Positions 17,364-25,380 of a stretch of 41,248 nt of DNA are shown piece by piece. A model generated the notes under the pieces. The model was not told where the DNA came from and did not search any database. It saw only the letters and a program-made list of their open reading frames with translations. Numbering within the stretch: position 1 is the stretch's first letter; every line of letters starts with the position of its first letter. The DNA lies in the NCBI GenBank assembly GCA_031417495.1, contig JANOVQ010000057.1, positions 1 to 41,248 of the forward strand. Direction: 5' to 3'. The position numbers and the translations under genes were made by a program. This DNA is from Pseudomonadota bacterium (GTDB lineage: Bacteria; Pseudomonadota; Gammaproteobacteria; Ga0077536).

Positions 17364-17530
17364 CTAGCAGCCTGTCGGACTTAGGAAGAATCTGCTGCGG
17401 CGCTGGGACAGCGGTCCATATTCGCGCGCATGTTCGTTAAATAGAACCACTATTCGCCTCACATGCGCGCCAATCTGGCCTCGCTCTCCCAACGCCTCGC
17501 GACGATTCCCTAAGTCCGAAAGGCTGCTAG
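17364..17530. mobile_element. 167-bp MITE-like non-autonomous element
   Basis: 22-bp terminal inverted repeats: CTAGCAGCCTGTCGGACTTAGG (17364-17385) and CCTAAGTCCGAAAGGCTGCTAG (17509-17530), 21/22 complementary. Nested 10-bp inverted repeat GCGCGCATGT/ACATGCGCGC (17424-17433 / 17461-17470). No ORF. A second partial copy is at 25381-25444. Confidence 0.6.
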
Positions 17531-19179
17531 GGTGTCGCAACGTCTTTACTCAAATACTGTTCGTAATCTTTGAGATCGGTCTCGATATTGGGATCGCCCA
17601 CAATCACCGGGCGCAGAAATATCACGAGTTCCGTTTTTCGATTATTCGCTTCTTTCACCTTAAAAAAAGTGTCGCCGATAAACGGAATGCGCGAGAGGCC
17701 GGGCACTTCGCGATTGCCGTTGTTCACCTCATCCTGCATCAACCCTCCCAACACGCCGACCTGCCCGTTCACGAGTTTGAGCACGGATTCCATCTCGCGG
17801 GTGCGGATGATGGGCACTGTGTTGGTGATGTCGCCGCCATCGACGCCATTCAGCTGACTGGCGAGGCGCGGACCCGGATCGACCGCATCGCCAATCTTCT
17901 GCGAAATGGTCGGTCGTACGGTCAACGTAATTTCCTGGTTCGCCGAGATTTGTGGCGTGACCGCCATCACCAGGCCGACTGGCACCGAATGGATCTGGGT
18001 CTCGACAAACGAGCGGCCTTGCGCATTTAAGGTGGAATCACTGGTGGTCACGTGGAGCGTGAAATAGACCAGTTCCTCGACCACTTTGAGCAACGCGGTC
18101 TGGTTATTGATCACCATCAGGCGCGGACTCGACAGCACTTTGGTGTCGCCGAATTCGCGCAGCAGCCGCACGGTGGTTTCGACTAACTTGCCGCTGGCGT
18201 CGGGATCACGGTAGCCGAAAGTGAACGAGGAAACTGCGTTATCGATCACGCCATCAGTCACTGCACCGAGGAGCGACTGATTGAAACCAAAACCGGCTTT
18301 GTTCGCATCAATCAGAATTCGCCAATCAACCCCCGATTGATATTGATCATTCAGCGAGACCTCCACGATGGTCGCCTCGATCAGCACCTGGCGCCGCGCA
18401 TTGGTAAGTACCTGATCGACAAATTTCTGAATGAGTTCGTGTTGCTTGGTGTTGGCTTTCACAGAGATCACGCCGGCTTCCGCATTGACCAGTAGATTCT
18501 GCGATTGCAACTTGCCGTCGCGCGCGGGCGCGGCTTCGCCGAGGATGGTGAGAATGTTGGTGGTGAGGGTTTCCCAGAAACGATTGCTCGATTTCGAGTT
18601 CACATGGGTAGAAGAGCTGTTGGCGCCCGCGCTGCTCCCAGTTTTACCGCCGCTCTGATCCTGCGCGCCGCCTTCGCCAGTGGTGGCAACCTCGGTGGCC
18701 ACACTGACGGTAGTGTCGGTATCGCGCGCGAGATTGACGTAGCCCACTTCGTAGGTGCGGAAAAACGGCGCGTCGGGTTCAACCAGAATCGTGCTGCCTT
18801 CGAGCGTGTAACGCAGGTTCGCCTGGCGCGCGACGCGATCGAGAATCTGTGGCAGGGTCTGGTCGATGGCATTAAGCGTGACGGCGCCGGGAATATCGCC
18901 TGCGATGTCCACATTTATCCTGGCATCGCGCGCGAGCGCGAACAGCAACTCGCGCACCGGCACCTCATTTACCACCACCGTGTAGCGCTCGGCATCGGGA
19001 ATAGGCTGCGGCGGCGGCAGGTAAGTCGCCTGAGGCACCACCTTGGGAATTCCTGGATCGGCCTGCACCGTCGCCGCCTGGGTGAGATGCCCAGGGGACA
19101 CCGGTGGTGGGGCGGGTTTCATTCCTGCGCAACTGGTGAGCCCCAGCAGCGCCATTATGGAGAGCGTGATGCGCAGCAT
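17527..19179 (-). CDS. mshL: secretin, MshL-type lipoprotein
   Basis: ATG 19179 has AAGGA 7 nt upstream. Lipoprotein signal MLRITLSIMALLGLTSC. N-terminal secretin-N domains. C-terminal secretin domain (VLSSPRLMVINNQTA..., VPGLSRIPFIGDTFF...TELVIFLRP). Confidence 0.92.
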   Translation of the reverse strand: MLRITLSIMALLGLTSCAGMKPAPPPVSPGHLTQAATVQADPGIPKVVPQATYLPPPQPIPDAERYTVVVNEVPVRELLFALARDARINVDIAGDIPGAVTLNAIDQTLPQILDRVARQANLRYTLEGSTILVEPDAPFFRTYEVGYVNLARDTDTTVSVATEVATTGEGGAQDQSGGKTGSSAGANSSSTHVNSKSSNRFWETLTTNILTILGEAAPARDGKLQSQNLLVNAEAGVISVKANTKQHELIQKFVDQVLTNARRQVLIEATIVEVSLNDQYQSGVDWRILIDANKAGFGFNQSLLGAVTDGVIDNAVSSFTFGYRDPDASGKLVETTVRLLREFGDTKVLSSPRLMVINNQTALLKVVEELVYFTLHVTTSDSTLNAQGRSFVETQIHSVPVGLVMAVTPQISANQEITLTVRPTISQKIGDAVDPGPRLASQLNGVDGGDITNTVPIIRTREMESVLKLVNGQVGVLGGLMQDEVNNGNREVPGLSRIPFIGDTFFKVKEANNRKTELVIFLRPVIVGDPNIETDLKDYEQYLSKDVATP

Positions 19180-19189
19180 AAGCGTCCTT

Positions 19190-20353
19190 TCAGTCCACCC
19201 CAAACAGCAAGACCTCACCGGGCATGTCCGCGAGGCGCGCCAGGTGGTTGAACGCGTTCTGCAGATGCGAAGAATCCACCGCCTGATCGCCGGGCGCCAA
19301 CGGGTTGTCGAAGGTGGCTAGGGTCAGCGCCAGCGCCGTGAGATCGGTATAGCGCATGTTCGACACGGCTGCCCTTGCCGGGGCGTGCGCTGGGACGACC
19401 GTCGGTCGCGGGGCGTTGGCTTCAATCATGGCCAGCGCTACCGGCGCCGGCCGCGGCAGCGCGTAGTGCCAGCCAGCACCAGCCGCCAGCAGCAGACCTG
19501 TGAGCCACGCCAGGCGCCTCCAGCCAGCAGTGGCACGGGTCTCCAGTGCAAACTCGCTGTCCTGCGCGGCGAGTGTCACGTGCCGGGGTAACACCCGTGG
19601 CGCGCCACTCGAATAGGCCGCGAGGAGCGCCTTATCGGCGAGGACATTGATGCGCCGTAAAAGCCCTTGTGAGGAACGCGTCAGCACGCGGATCGCGCGC
19701 CGGGTGAACAACTCCGGTCCGCGATAGCCGCTGGCCTGCAGCCGGGCGTTGAGATAATCCCGAATCTCCCCGGCGACAAATGGCGCCAACTTAAAACGAT
19801 AAGTGATGCGTTCGTTCAGCTGGCGGATTTCGTGCTGGGCAAGTTTCGTATCGAGCTCGGGCTGTCCAAACAACACTATCTGCAGCAGTTTGTCCTGCGC
19901 AGTTTCGAGGTTACTGAGCAGCCGTAATTCTTCGAGCGTCGCGAGCGGCATGCCCTGCGCCTCTTCGACGAACATCACCACCCGTCGATTGTCCGCATGT
20001 TTTGCGAGCAGGTAGTCATGTAGCGCGTGCATCACCATGGGTTTGGTCGCGCCGGGCGGGAGCGCCAATTTCAGTTCGTAGGCGATCGCGGGCAGGATTT
20101 CGTCGGGCCCGAGATTGGGATTAGCCAAATAGATCATCTCGCAGTTGGCGGGGATCTCGCGGGCGAGCATGCGGCACAGCATGGTTTTGCCACTGCCAAC
20201 TTCGCCCACCACTTTCACAATGCCTTCGCCGCGACTAATCGCATAAATCAGCGCATCCAACACCGCGCCGCGATTGCCCCCTGGAAAGAAGAGTTCTGGA
20301 TCGGGGGTGATCTTGAAGGGCGATTTATGGAATCCAAAATGCTGACAGTACAT
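19190..20353 (-). CDS. ExeA/GspA/MshM-like AAA ATPase with C-terminal TM and periplasmic tail
   Basis: MYCQHFGFHKSPFKITPDPELFF N-terminus. Walker A GEVGSGKT. Walker B VVMFVEEAQ. TM LAWLTGLLLAAGAGW followed by about 100 aa. GGAAGGAAA SD. Confidence 0.88.
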   Translation of the reverse strand: MYCQHFGFHKSPFKITPDPELFFPGGNRGAVLDALIYAISRGEGIVKVVGEVGSGKTMLCRMLAREIPANCEMIYLANPNLGPDEILPAIAYELKLALPPGATKPMVMHALHDYLLAKHADNRRVVMFVEEAQGMPLATLEELRLLSNLETAQDKLLQIVLFGQPELDTKLAQHEIRQLNERITYRFKLAPFVAGEIRDYLNARLQASGYRGPELFTRRAIRVLTRSSQGLLRRINVLADKALLAAYSSGAPRVLPRHVTLAAQDSEFALETRATAGWRRLAWLTGLLLAAGAGWHYALPRPAPVALAMIEANAPRPTVVPAHAPARAAVSNMRYTDLTALALTLATFDNPLAPGDQAVDSSHLQNAFNHLARLADMPGEVLLFGVD

Positions 20354-20374
20354 CGGGTGTTTCCTTCCGAGTGA

Positions 20375-21808
20375 CTACGGCTCGACGGGCGGCTGCATGC
20401 CGAGTCGTGCAAGTTTGCTATAGAGCGTGGTGCGATTAACGCCGAGCAGGCGTGCCGCCCGGCTCAAATTGCCATGCGCCTGCGCCAGCGCAGCGCTGAT
20501 GAGATGGCGTTCGAACTCGGCGACTGCGGTTTCCAGGCGGAAGCCCGGCTGCGCCAGGCGTTGCGCGAAGGCAGTGGTCTCCGCTTGCGAGGTGGTGTCG
20601 TCGCGCGCGAGCGTCACGCTCGGCTCGAGTTCGAGCGCCAACTCATTCACTTCCACCAGCTGTCCGCCAAATTTGGTGCCCAGGCGCACCACAATATTGC
20701 GCAGTTCACGCACATTGCCCGGGAAGGTATACGTCGCGAGTAAGGCGGCCGCCGCCGGCGCGAGCTCGAAGGGGGTAATGGTGCCGGCGTAGAGCGTGAG
20801 GAAATGCGCCAGTAAGATTTGCCAGTCGTCCGCGCGCGCGCGCAAAGGCGGCACGCTGATCGTGAGTACGCTCAGGCGATGAAACAAATCGGCACGGAAG
20901 TGTCCGCCGCGCGTAGCCTCCCGCAAGTCGCGGTTGGTCGCGGCGATAATGCGCGCGGTGGCCTGCCGCGGCTGGGTTTCGCCGAGCCGGTAGTACTCGC
21001 CGTTCTCCAGTACCCGCAGTAATTTAGCTTGCAGCGCCAGCGGCATTTCACCGACCTCATCCAGAAACAAAGTCCCGTGGCCGACTTCTTCAAGCAGCCC
21101 CGGACGCAAGCGGTCGGCACCGGTGTAGGCCCCTTTGGCCGCGCCGAACAATTGCGATTCGAGCAGCTCTGGGCTGAACGCGGCACAGTTCAAAGACATC
21201 AATGGGTGAGGTGCGCGCTGGCCTTCACGATGCAAGCAAGCCGCGACGAGTTCCTTGCCAACCCCCGACTCACCCTCGATCAACACCGGGAACGGCGAAT
21301 TGGCGAAGGGTTTAACCAGCGCCCGTAAGGCCTGCATGCCGGCACTTTCGCCCAGTAATACTTCGGTGGTTTGCGCGCTTGGCGCGCGCCGTGCGGTTTC
21401 CGCTTCGAGGATCTGCAGCTGATGATGCAAACGGGCGCGTAAGACTTCCGCCGTGCAGGGCTTGGGCAGGAAATCGACCGCGCCTAAGGTGAGTGCGTGT
21501 TGAATATTGCGGCGGTCACTCTGCCCGGAAAGTACCAGCACGCGGGTGAGTTGACGGGTCGCGACCAATTCGGAAATCAGCGCATAGCCCTCGTCCGGAG
21601 TATGCGGAGTCGGCGGGAGGCCGAGATCGATCAGGGCCAGGGCGGGCGGATGCGGCAGACTGGCGAGCACCCGATGCGCCTGCTCGCGGGTACCGGCGGT
21701 GTGTACGTCGAATTCATCAGAGAGCGTGAATTTCAGGGCATCAACGATCAGCGGATCGTCATCCACCAGCATCACGCAAGCGCGCAGCGGATCAATTCTC
21801 GCGGACAT
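20375..21808 (-). CDS. sigma-54-dependent response regulator (NtrC family enhancer-binding protein)
   Basis: Receiver domain (VMLVDDDPL..., LIDLGLPP). AAA+ domain with GESGVGKE and a GAYTGA (GAFTGA-type) loop. C-terminal Fis-type HTH NLSRAARLLGVNRTTLYSKL. The ATG at 21808 overlaps the metF stop by 17 nt. Alternative starts are at 21772 and 21874. Confidence 0.9.
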   Translation of the reverse strand: MSARIDPLRACVMLVDDDPLIVDALKFTLSDEFDVHTAGTREQAHRVLASLPHPPALALIDLGLPPTPHTPDEGYALISELVATRQLTRVLVLSGQSDRRNIQHALTLGAVDFLPKPCTAEVLRARLHHQLQILEAETARRAPSAQTTEVLLGESAGMQALRALVKPFANSPFPVLIEGESGVGKELVAACLHREGQRAPHPLMSLNCAAFSPELLESQLFGAAKGAYTGADRLRPGLLEEVGHGTLFLDEVGEMPLALQAKLLRVLENGEYYRLGETQPRQATARIIAATNRDLREATRGGHFRADLFHRLSVLTISVPPLRARADDWQILLAHFLTLYAGTITPFELAPAAAALLATYTFPGNVRELRNIVVRLGTKFGGQLVEVNELALELEPSVTLARDDTTSQAETTAFAQRLAQPGFRLETAVAEFERHLISAALAQAHGNLSRAARLLGVNRTTLYSKLARLGMQPPVEP

Positions 21809-22667
21809 GGCCGGCGGTGCGGCGAGCGGAATCAGCCAATCCGAGCTGACGGCAGATGGCCTCCGTCGCCTCAAATTGATTCATGGTATAGAAGTGCAGT
21901 CCCGGTGCGCCTTGCTCAAGCAGGCGCGCGCACAACGCGGTCGTGACCTCGATCCCGAAGCGTCGGATCGCAGGGAGATCGTCGCCAAAATCGCGCAATC
22001 TTTTCATAATCCAGCGCGGGATTTCCGCGCCACACATCTCGGAGAAGCGCGCCAGCTGGGTGACATTGATGATGGGCATGATGCCCGGCACGATCGGAAT
22101 CTGGATGCCCGCTGCGCGACAAGCCTCGACGAAGCGGAAGTACGCATCGGGATTGAAGAAATACTGGGTGATTGCGCTATCTGCACCGGCCTCGACTTTA
22201 CGCTTGAAGTTCAGCAGGTCACTGGCAGCTGAAGTCGCCTGTGGGTGGAATTCTGGATAGGCCGCCACTTCAATGTGGAAGGCGGCGCCGGTTTCACGAC
22301 GCACAAATTCCACCAATTCATTGGCGAAGCGCAATTCGCCGAAACCCGTCATCCCCGAAGGCATGTCGCCGCGCAGCACCACCAGGCGGCGCACCCCAGC
22401 GCTACGGTATTGCTGCAGTACCTCGCTGAGCTCGCTACATGAGGTGCCGATACAGGACAGATGGGGTGCGACATCGATGCGGGTTGCGCTGCGAATGTCG
22501 AGTACCGTCTCGAGCGTCACTTCGCGAGTGCTGCCGCCAGCCCCGAAGGTCACTGAAAAGAAATTCGGGGCGAGTGCCGCCAGGCGGCTGCTTGAGTTAG
22601 CAAGTTTAGCTTTGGCTTCCGGCGAGCGCGGCGGGAAGAACTCGCAACTAATGGTTTGCGTCGTCAC
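21792..22667 (-). CDS. metF: 5,10-methylenetetrahydrofolate reductase
   Basis: SCEFFPPRSPE N-terminal motif, ...VTFGAGGSTRE..., C-terminal GAPGLHFYTMNQFEATEAI. 291 aa. GTG start. Confidence 0.93.
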   Translation of the reverse strand: MTTQTISCEFFPPRSPEAKAKLANSSSRLAALAPNFFSVTFGAGGSTREVTLETVLDIRSATRIDVAPHLSCIGTSCSELSEVLQQYRSAGVRRLVVLRGDMPSGMTGFGELRFANELVEFVRRETGAAFHIEVAAYPEFHPQATSAASDLLNFKRKVEAGADSAITQYFFNPDAYFRFVEACRAAGIQIPIVPGIMPIINVTQLARFSEMCGAEIPRWIMKRLRDFGDDLPAIRRFGIEVTTALCARLLEQGAPGLHFYTMNQFEATEAICRQLGLADSARRTAGHVREN

Positions 22668-22725
22668 TGAGAGTCACTGCCCGCGTTGCAAAATCTAAAC
22701 ATGTGTCGATCTCATTAAGAGGCAA

Positions 22726-22753
22726 AATATATCGCATATATAATAGTTTGCAA
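22726..22753 (-). promoter_or_regulatory. candidate sigma-70 promoter for metF (TTGCAA-N16-TATATT)
   Basis: On the minus strand, TTGCAA is at 22753-22748 and TATATT at 22731-22726, with a 16-nt spacer. It sits inside a patch of about 100 nt at about 29% G+C (my count, 22691-22790), about 60 nt upstream of the metF start. Confidence 0.3.
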
Positions 22754-23090
22754 TCATTTTCTTACTAGATACATTAGAAACTACGGACAATCTTGCGGCG
22801 CTTGCTGAGCAGGCCACCGAGGGGGCTTTTTAGCGCAGCTTAATGGCCTAAGGAAGCGCGCAACTGCCGGTCTTGGTGGCGCCTGGGTAGGGTCGGGACA
22901 GGCTCCTATCCTTGACTACGTGCTGAACCTGCAGGGTTCAGTAAGGCGGTGGGCCGCAGATTTACTTTACGCCGCTGCGGCCGCTAAGCCGGAACGCGGA
23001 ATCGCGCGCTTTGCGCACAAGATCTGGGCGGGTCACCGGCGCCAAACGTATGCTCGCGAGGAGCCGCAGGCGGCGTGGCAATCCAGTGAA

Positions 23091-23107
23091 AAATGCGCTG
23101 CGCATTT
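23091..23107. promoter_or_regulatory. 17-bp perfect palindrome AAATGCGC-T-GCGCATTT, candidate operator
   Basis: 8-1-8 perfect dyad 69 nt upstream of the GGDEF-EAL ORF start. Confidence 0.3.
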
Positions 23108-23175
23108 GTTTGCGCTGCCGGCGATCACGCCAGGCCTTAATTTCTCACCACACTCGTGACTGGAGCTGAACTGAA

Positions 23176-25368
23176 TTGCGATCCCCGGCACAGGACATTC
23201 CCGCTGACAGCGTAAAGCTTGCGCGGGAACAACGCGTCCAGGAACAGCTGGCGCAGCGCCATCGGCTCGACATCGCGCTCGCCAGTGGTCAACAGGGCTT
23301 CTGGGAGTGGGACGTCGCCAGCGGCAGATTGAGCAGGCTGGAAGCGGTGCAGACGAGTGCCGTGGATTATCTGATCCCGGTGTCCAGCAACGCACTATGG
23401 GCGCAGCTCGAAGCGGCGGACCGGCGACCCTTGCGGCGCGCACTGGTCGATTATCTAGGCGGCAGAACAGCCATTTTTGAAAAAGAAGTGCGCGTGCATC
23501 TATCCAATAAAGAAGTGCGCTGGGTGCTGTTGCGGGGTAAAACGGTGGCCCGCGATGCGCGCGGCAAAGCCAGCCGTCTGGTGGGTTCGCATACCGATGT
23601 CACCTCCCAGAAAACCACTGAAATGGCGCTCGAACAAGCGCGCCATTTCCTGAGCACCGTGATCGATACCATCCCGCAGGCGGTGTACTGGAAGGATCAG
23701 CATTCGCGCTACCTGGGCTGCAACAAAACCTTTGCTGCATTAGCGAATATAGGCGGTCCCGCTGAGATAGTAGGACTCACCGATTCAGATCTCCCTTGGC
23801 ACGAATTGGCTGGCCGTCTGCGTGGCGAAGATCAAGCCATCTTCGATGGGCACCAGACGCACATTACGACGGAGGATCGGCTGCACAACAGTCACGGAGA
23901 AGAGATCTGGGTCGAGAAACACAAGGTGCCGTTTCAGGGACCGGATGGTCGCATCATGGGGATCCTTGCCACGACGCATGACGTGACCGCGCGCAAACGC
24001 GCCGAGAATGAGATCCAGCAGCTCGCGTATTTCGATTCGTTGACGCAGCTGCCGAATCGGCGTTACTTCAAAGAGCGTCTCGATGCCGCGGTCGCGCTGG
24101 CCCAGCGCCGTGAAGCGGCAGGCGCGCTACTTTATCTTGATATAGACCATTTCAAAAAAATTAACGACATGCTCGGTCATTCAGTGGGCGATTTATTGCT
24201 GATCGAGGCGAGCGCACGCATCAAAGCGTTATTGCGACAAGAGGATGTAGTGGCACGTATCGGCGGCGATGAATTCGTCATCATGCTGGGCGATCTGTCG
24301 TTGGACACTCAGCATTGTGCGCAGCAGGCAAGCGCAGTCGCCTACAAGGTGCGGCACGAACTGTTGCGGCCTTTTGTCTTGGAAGGCGACGAACATTTTG
24401 TGACCTCCACGATCGGCATCGCAGTGTTCCCGGAGCATCACGACAGCGCGGAGCAATTGCTCAAGATGGCGGACGCCGCGATGTATCGCGGCAAAGCGGA
24501 CGGCCGCAACACGGTGTTCTTTTTCGATCCGCAATTGTTGGCGGAAGCCGAAGAGCGGCTGCGGCTCGAAACCCTCCTGCGTGGTGCCATCGACCGTCAC
24601 GAATTGAGCCTGCACTACCAGCCGCAGGTCGATGCCAAGGGAAAATTGGTCGGTGCGGAAGCGCTGATGCGGTGGTCCGCGGCCGGCATAGGCCCGGTGT
24701 CACCCACGCAATTCATCCCCATTGCCGAGGAATCCGGGCTGATCGATGAGCTCGGCCTGTGGGCGATTAAAGAGGCGCTGGCCGCGCTCGCACGCTGGCA
24801 CCAAGCCGGGATTGCAGTGGGGAACCATTTGGCAGTGAATGTAAGTCAGCGCCAGTTCAGTGCCCCGCGTTTCGTCCAGGACGTGATCGCGGCACTCGCC
24901 GAGGCCAATGTGCCACGCGGCGCGCTGACCCTCGAATTGACTGAAACCGCCGTGGCTGACCATGTAGAAGACATCATCGTCAAGATGGAACAATTGCGCG
25001 GCGCCGGGGTGTCGTTTTCGATGGACGACTTTGGTGTCGGTTACTCGTCTCTGTCTTATCTGGCGCAGCTACCGCTGCAGCAGCTTAAAATCGACCGTTC
25101 CTTCATCACCCATGTGGAACGTGACCGCACCAGGAGCGCCATCATCGCCACCTTACTCACCTTGGGTGAAAGCCTGGGCTTGACGGTGGTCGCCGAGGGC
25201 GTGGAAACCACTGCGCAGTGGGCGCTACTGGTCGAACGTGGTTGCCAGGTGTTTCAGGGCTACCTGTTCAGCCGACCCTTGACCGAGGCAGATTTCACCG
25301 CTTTTTGTGCAGCTTCCGCGCGCGAAATTGATCGACCGACGGCCAGATTTCTGCAGCACATCGCCTGA
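23176..25368 (+). CDS. PAS/PAC-PAS-GGDEF-EAL c-di-GMP turnover protein
   Basis: Two PAS/PAC regions. GGDEF domain with an intact GGDEF and an RxxD I-site 5 residues upstream (RQEDVVARIGGDEF). EAL domain with EALMRW, ELTE, DDFGVGYSS, KIDRSF, EGVET and QGYLFSRP. The TTG start is uncertain. Confidence 0.9.
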   Translation: MRSPAQDIPADSVKLAREQRVQEQLAQRHRLDIALASGQQGFWEWDVASGRLSRLEAVQTSAVDYLIPVSSNALWAQLEAADRRPLRRALVDYLGGRTAIFEKEVRVHLSNKEVRWVLLRGKTVARDARGKASRLVGSHTDVTSQKTTEMALEQARHFLSTVIDTIPQAVYWKDQHSRYLGCNKTFAALANIGGPAEIVGLTDSDLPWHELAGRLRGEDQAIFDGHQTHITTEDRLHNSHGEEIWVEKHKVPFQGPDGRIMGILATTHDVTARKRAENEIQQLAYFDSLTQLPNRRYFKERLDAAVALAQRREAAGALLYLDIDHFKKINDMLGHSVGDLLLIEASARIKALLRQEDVVARIGGDEFVIMLGDLSLDTQHCAQQASAVAYKVRHELLRPFVLEGDEHFVTSTIGIAVFPEHHDSAEQLLKMADAAMYRGKADGRNTVFFFDPQLLAEAEERLRLETLLRGAIDRHELSLHYQPQVDAKGKLVGAEALMRWSAAGIGPVSPTQFIPIAEESGLIDELGLWAIKEALAALARWHQAGIAVGNHLAVNVSQRQFSAPRFVQDVIAALAEANVPRGALTLELTETAVADHVEDIIVKMEQLRGAGVSFSMDDFGVGYSSLSYLAQLPLQQLKIDRSFITHVERDRTRSAIIATLLTLGESLGLTVVAEGVETTAQWALLVERGCQVFQGYLFSRPLTEADFTAFCAASAREIDRPTARFLQHIA

Positions 25369-25380
25369 CTTAATTGTATC

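Noticed and set aside
18505-19251. 248-aa plus-strand ORF antisense to the secretin. Similar cases are 34075-34902, 39569-40300, 3660-4292, 4565-5197, 4911-5489, 9683-10273 and 14554-15015.
   Set aside because: Each lies within a well-supported gene on the other strand and has low-complexity Arg/Ala/Gly-rich translations with no recognisable domains.
7548-20374. Sigma-54 (-24/-12, TGGCAC-N5-TTGC) promoter for the pilus operon
   Set aside because: Eye scanning of the non-coding gaps and gene junctions on the minus strand found only partial matches, for example TGGCGCGCATGTGAGG inside the MITE and CGGCACGGCACTCAAGC at about 8690. None has both elements correctly spaced, so none is reported as a feature.
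22739-22830. Putative small plus-strand RNA from a TTAAGA-N18-TATAAT promoter ending at GGGGGCTTTTT (about 22830)
   Set aside because: The stem before the T-run is only 3-5 bp (GCC..GGC), too weak for an intrinsic terminator. The promoter-like hexamers are expected by chance in a stretch of about 29% GC.
22800-22920. Possible SAH or SAM riboswitch upstream of metF on the minus strand (..AGGAGCCUGUCCCGACC..CCAGGCGCC..CAGUUGCGCGCUUCC..)
   Set aside because: Resemblance to the SAH-riboswitch consensus as I recall it (GAGGAGCGCUGC...AGGCUCGG...AACGGCGCUCAC) is only superficial. I cannot draw the P1 pairing. The best promoter candidate lies downstream of this segment. An Infernal scan is needed to decide.
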